Source: an uncultured delta proteobacterium
Lineage (GTDB): Bacteria; Myxococcota_A; Polyangia; Polyangiales; Polyangiaceae
Length of the DNA: 64,000 bases
NCBI GenBank assembly: GCA_963782055.1
Contig: CAWAIF010000003.1
Location: forward strand, 896,001 to 960,000
Direction of reading: 5' to 3'
Below are positions 60,426 through 64,000 of this stretch, piece after piece (position 1 is the stretch's first letter; the number at the start of each line of letters is the position of its first letter). The notes beneath the pieces are model-generated. The model ran no database searches, had not been told where the DNA came from, and worked only from the letters and a program-made list of their open reading frames with translations. The position numbers were made by a program, and so were the translations under genes.

Positions 60426-62087
60426 CTACTTCTTCTTCTTCTTCTTGTGGTGGTGGTGGGTGTGCTTCTTCTTCGGCGGCTTCTTGTGCTTCGGCGGCGG
60501 CTTGGGCTCCTCGTCGGGGCTCGCCGACCCACCCGACGCGTCGGCGGCGTCGGCGTCCGGCTTCTCCGGCGGGGGCTCCGTCTTCCTGTCCTCCGGCGGC
60601 GGAGCGGGCTTCGGCTTCGTCTCGTGACCCCTGGGGGGCGCGGCCGCAGCGGGGGGCGCCAGGTCGAAGGCGTACTGGAAGCCGAGGCCGATGATGGGCG
60701 CGGAGACGGAGTACTTGCCGCCGTTGACCGCCTCCGTCTGCGTCGGGTAACCCGACACCGGGTTGACGAGCGGGATCGCCGCCTCGCTCGGCGGGACGGT
60801 GATGTCCGGCATGATCGTGTAGGCGAAGACGGCGTCGAACCTCCAGCGCGGGCCGATGTGCAGCCCGGCGCCGACGGAGAGCGTCGCCTTGTCGCCGTCG
60901 ATGGTCAGCGGGGAGACGTAGGCCGTGGGGATGGCGCTCGTCTCGTAGGAGAAGCCGAGGCGCAGGTCGAGCTTGGTCGCGGCGCTCACGTCGACGCGGT
61001 ACTCGCCGCCCAGACGGAAGGAGTTGGAGTCCTGGAAGTGGCGCGGCATGCTGATGGTGCCGACGTGGAAGGGGCTCGGGAAGCCGTAGATCCCGCTGAG
61101 CGAGACGTCGTCGCTGGTGACGTCGATGGTGTCGTGCACGCTCCAGAACTCGCGCTCGTACGCCGCCTCGACGCGCAGGGCGGGCACCGGGCGCACCTCC
61201 ACGCCCGCGCGCAGGATGGGCGGGAGGCGGAACTTGACGTGCGCGCTGTCGCCCGTCTGCACCGCGGCGTCGAACTCGGCCGCGGTGGGCAGGCGCACGC
61301 GCACCGTCGCCGGGGCATCCACCCAGAAGGGGAGCTGGCCGCTCAGGCCGAAGCGCAGCTGCTCGATGGGCTTGTAGATGACGCCCAGGTTGCCGCTCGG
61401 GGTGATGACCGTGGCGCGGAGCTGGCCGAGCGAGTCGTACTCCGGCGCCTGCGGTGGGCCGAGGAGGCGGTCGGCGGGGTTGGCGTTGAAGTAGAGCAGC
61501 GACTGGAAGACGCCGGTGAGCAGCTCCAGGCCCGCGCCCACGCGAAGCTTGTCGGAGAACTTGTACGAGGCGTACGCGCCCAGGCCGGCGAGGACTGTCC
61601 CCTCCAGGGAGATGAGGGAGTAGCGCTGCGGCGCCGGCTGGCCGTTCACCGTCTCCGGCCAGCGCAGGAGGGGCGCGTACGGCGCGAAGACGCCGCCGGC
61701 GAAGGTCCACTGCCGGTGGTCGCCCGCGGGGAAGGCGATGGCGAGGGTGGGGAAGGCGAGCGGTGGGGTGTCGCCGTGCACGCTCGGGTAGTCGTAGGTG
61801 CGGACGGTCCCGCCGGCGTCGACCACCTGCGTCTGGCGGGTGAAGTCGGCGTTGAAGAGCATCAGCGACGCGTCGAAGAGCATGGTGCCGCCGGCGTCGG
61901 CGATGCCGGCGGGGTTGAACCAGATGGCGCCCAGGTCGTCGGCGCCGGCGACGAAGGCGCCGCCGCGCGCGAGCGGCCGCACCCCGCGCTCGGAGTAGTA
62001 CATGCCGCCGGCGTGCGCGGGGCGCGCGAGGCCCGCGACGGTGAGGGCGGCGGCGACGAGCGCCGCGCGCGTCTTGAAGGGCGTCAC
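60426..62087 (-). CDS. FadL/TodX-family outer membrane transporter
   Basis: Signal peptide; R.LARGGAFVAGADD..AIWFNPAG; LRLGFSYETSAIP. Confidence 0.85.
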   Translation of the reverse strand: MTPFKTRAALVAAALTVAGLARPAHAGGMYYSERGVRPLARGGAFVAGADDLGAIWFNPAGIADAGGTMLFDASLMLFNADFTRQTQVVDAGGTVRTYDYPSVHGDTPPLAFPTLAIAFPAGDHRQWTFAGGVFAPYAPLLRWPETVNGQPAPQRYSLISLEGTVLAGLGAYASYKFSDKLRVGAGLELLTGVFQSLLYFNANPADRLLGPPQAPEYDSLGQLRATVITPSGNLGVIYKPIEQLRFGLSGQLPFWVDAPATVRVRLPTAAEFDAAVQTGDSAHVKFRLPPILRAGVEVRPVPALRVEAAYEREFWSVHDTIDVTSDDVSLSGIYGFPSPFHVGTISMPRHFQDSNSFRLGGEYRVDVSAATKLDLRLGFSYETSAIPTAYVSPLTIDGDKATLSVGAGLHIGPRWRFDAVFAYTIMPDITVPPSEAAIPLVNPVSGYPTQTEAVNGGKYSVSAPIIGLGFQYAFDLAPPAAAAPPRGHETKPKPAPPPEDRKTEPPPEKPDADAADASGGSASPDEEPKPPPKHKKPPKKKHTHHHHKKKKKK

Positions 62088-64000
62088 TCCTCGGTCCCCT
62101 TGCGTACGACCTCGTAGAACTGCTCCAGCCCGCGCTGCTTGTCGAGCAGGAAGCTCGACACCTGCGAGGCGATGGCGCCGTAGTCGTCGGCGGCCAGCTT
62201 GTCGGTCTGCGCGGGGTTCTTGCGGTTGACGTCGGCGATGACGTCCATGATCACCTCGAGCGGCGCCTGCGTCGCGCGCCCGGTGTCGTCGGTCATGGGC
62301 GTCACGAGGCGGGTGAGGACCTGCGTGAGGACCTGGTTGGGGTCCATCTCGCTGGCGCAGATCTCCTTGCCGCTCTGCTTGTCCACGTACTTGCCCGCGA
62401 TGCGGGCGAGCAGCGCGAGCTGCGCGTCGACGAGGCTCTTCTTCACCACGTTGCCGTTCTGGTCCTTCTGCGTGGGCGCGAGGGCGGGGGCGAGCGCGTG
62501 GAAGATGGGCACCAGGTTCTGGTCGTCGTCGAGGACCTGCAGGGCGTCGGTGGACGCGGCGAGCATGGCGGCGAGGGCGTCGTTGTCGGAGGCGGCGTCG
62601 ACCATATACTGCAGGAGCGCCTCGAGCTGCGTGCGCGCGCCCTCGTCCTGGCGGATGGCGTCGACCAAATCCATCGTCGTGGCGAAGAGCGGGCCCTTCA
62701 CCGAGTCGGCCATGGAGTTGGTGAGATCGTCACGCGCCCAGCCGCACCGCGTGAAGGGCGCGGCGTAGCTGTCGGGGCAGTGCGCGAGCATCTGCCCGCG
62801 CAGCATGTCCACCAGCGTGGGGGTGATCGTCGGGATGGACGGGTCGGCGAAGGCGGAGGAGGCGCCGGAGCCCTTCACCGAGAGGAACTGGTCGACGAGC
62901 TGCGAGCGACCGAGGTGCCAGTTGTCGAGCCGCTTGGCGTCGTCCGGCGACTTCTGGGGGAACGTGGCGAAGGCGTTGTCGATGGCGTCGAGCGCGCCGG
63001 TGAGCAGGTAGACGGGGGTGACCTGCGGGTTTGTCGTGCCGTCGTTGCGCAGCGCCGTGACGCCGCCCTTGCGGTCCGTCAGTCCGGCGGACTTGGCGCG
63101 CACCGGGTCGACCAGGCCGCGCGTGCCCTCCGCCATCACCGTGATGCCGTCCTCGGTCTTGGAGCCGGTGCACATGTGGTTCTGGTCGGTCGCGGTGCAG
63201 ACCTTGATCGTGGAGGACTCGAGCGTCTTGGTGAGGGCGGCGAGACCGGGGAGGAGATCCCCGGGGAGCGCGTCGACGAGCAGCGGCTCGTAGGAGTCGG
63301 CGCCATCCTTGGTGCACTTGTCGCACTCGGAGGCGGTGCCCTTGTCGTCCTGCCAGTGGCGGTAGATGGTATCCATCAGCTGGATGAACAGATCCTCGCG
63401 GCCGTGGATGGCGAAGGCGTTGATGAGCGGCGCCATCGCCGCGTAGCTGCCGAAGTTCTCCAGCACGAAGGTGGCGTCGGGGTCGCGCTCCTGGAGCGAG
63501 TCGCCCGGCGCGCATTGCCGCAGGCCGTGGATCTTGCCGTCGTTGGCGGCGTCGGCCGCGCCGGGGTCCGGGTCGTTGATGACCTTCTCCGGGCACGCGG
63601 TGGTCCCCACCGAGTTGACGCCCATCAGATCCTTGAGGAAGCGGTTGGTCTTGTAGTTGGTGCCGCCCGGGTTGGGGCTGTCGTTGGGGATATCGAAGTA
63701 GACCTGCCGGTTGAGAAACTGCGGCGTCGGCCGGAAGGTGTGCGCCCCGGCGGCGTCCCAGAAGCCGGTGATGCCGCTGGACTGCTCCATCATGCTCACC
63801 GTGGCGGCCCCGATGCCGGCGATGCCGTTGCGCAGCACGCCGGGCCGCATGTAGAGGTTGGCGCGGCCGACGATGGAGTCGACGTAGAACTTGGCGAGGT
63901 TGTCGATCTTGAAGACCTCGCACTCGTGGAAGGGGCGCGTGCCGGGCAGGGCGCAGAGGGCGAGTGTCCCGGCGCAGATGTCGCCGCTGCCGAGGATGGG
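62084..64000 (-). CDS. Large hypothetical protein; 5' end lies outside the window
   Basis: More than 588 aa open frame with typical codon usage; GTGA overlap with the FadL-like gene. Confidence 0.8.
   Translation of the reverse strand, partial: PILGSGDICAGTLALCALPGTRPFHECEVFKIDNLAKFYVDSIVGRANLYMRPGVLRNGIAGIGAATVSMMEQSSGITGFWDAAGAHTFRPTPQFLNRQVYFDIPNDSPNPGGTNYKTNRFLKDLMGVNSVGTTACPEKVINDPDPGAADAANDGKIHGLRQCAPGDSLQERDPDATFVLENFGSYAAMAPLINAFAIHGREDLFIQLMDTIYRHWQDDKGTASECDKCTKDGADSYEPLLVDALPGDLLPGLAALTKTLESSTIKVCTATDQNHMCTGSKTEDGITVMAEGTRGLVDPVRAKSAGLTDRKGGVTALRNDGTTNPQVTPVYLLTGALDAIDNAFATFPQKSPDDAKRLDNWHLGRSQLVDQFLSVKGSGASSAFADPSIPTITPTLVDMLRGQMLAHCPDSYAAPFTRCGWARDDLTNSMADSVKGPLFATTMDLVDAIRQDEGARTQLEALLQYMVDAASDNDALAAMLAASTDALQVLDDDQNLVPIFHALAPALAPTQKDQNGNVVKKSLVDAQLALLARIAGKYVDKQSGKEICASEMDPNQVLTQVLTRLVTPMTDDTGRATQAPLEVIMDVIADVNRKNPAQTDKLAADDYGAIASQVSSFLLDKQRGLEQFYEVVRKGTEE

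Overview
High-GC bacterial DNA whose gene content points to Myxococcota (Polyangiaceae-like); this assignment is inferred. The first ~29 kb is a defence/accessory island built around a split type I-G (I-U) CRISPR-Cas locus. It starts with a frameshifted cas3 (C-terminal HD) and a csb3-like gene. About 10 kb of toxin-antitoxin genes and remnants follow, including a collapsed duplicate of a vapC-yecA-cas4 block, a SWIM-SNF2 helicase and an AAA ATPase. Next come intact cas4/cas1 and cas2 and a 69-repeat array whose last repeat is cut by an IS481-like DDE element. After the array lie a four-helix-bundle gene, a Uma2 nuclease, a second SNF2 helicase and a nucleotidyltransferase pair, interspersed with strand-biased hexamer tracts. 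The remaining ~35 kb is ordinary myxobacterial backbone: HD-GYP/LuxR regulator, SrfB-like protein, DNA methyltransferase, MCP, CDF transporter, an ECF sigma-FecR operon, histidine kinase, rsmE, prmA, MltD, lipoproteins and a FadL-like protein. The main unexplained signals are: (1) a palindrome doublet with exact 22-bp spacing at three loci; (2) hexamer tracts preceding small accessory genes; (3) an IS-like end inside a CRISPR repeat; (4) a step change in spacer length halfway along the array. All calls come from motif recognition by eye; no database searches were run.
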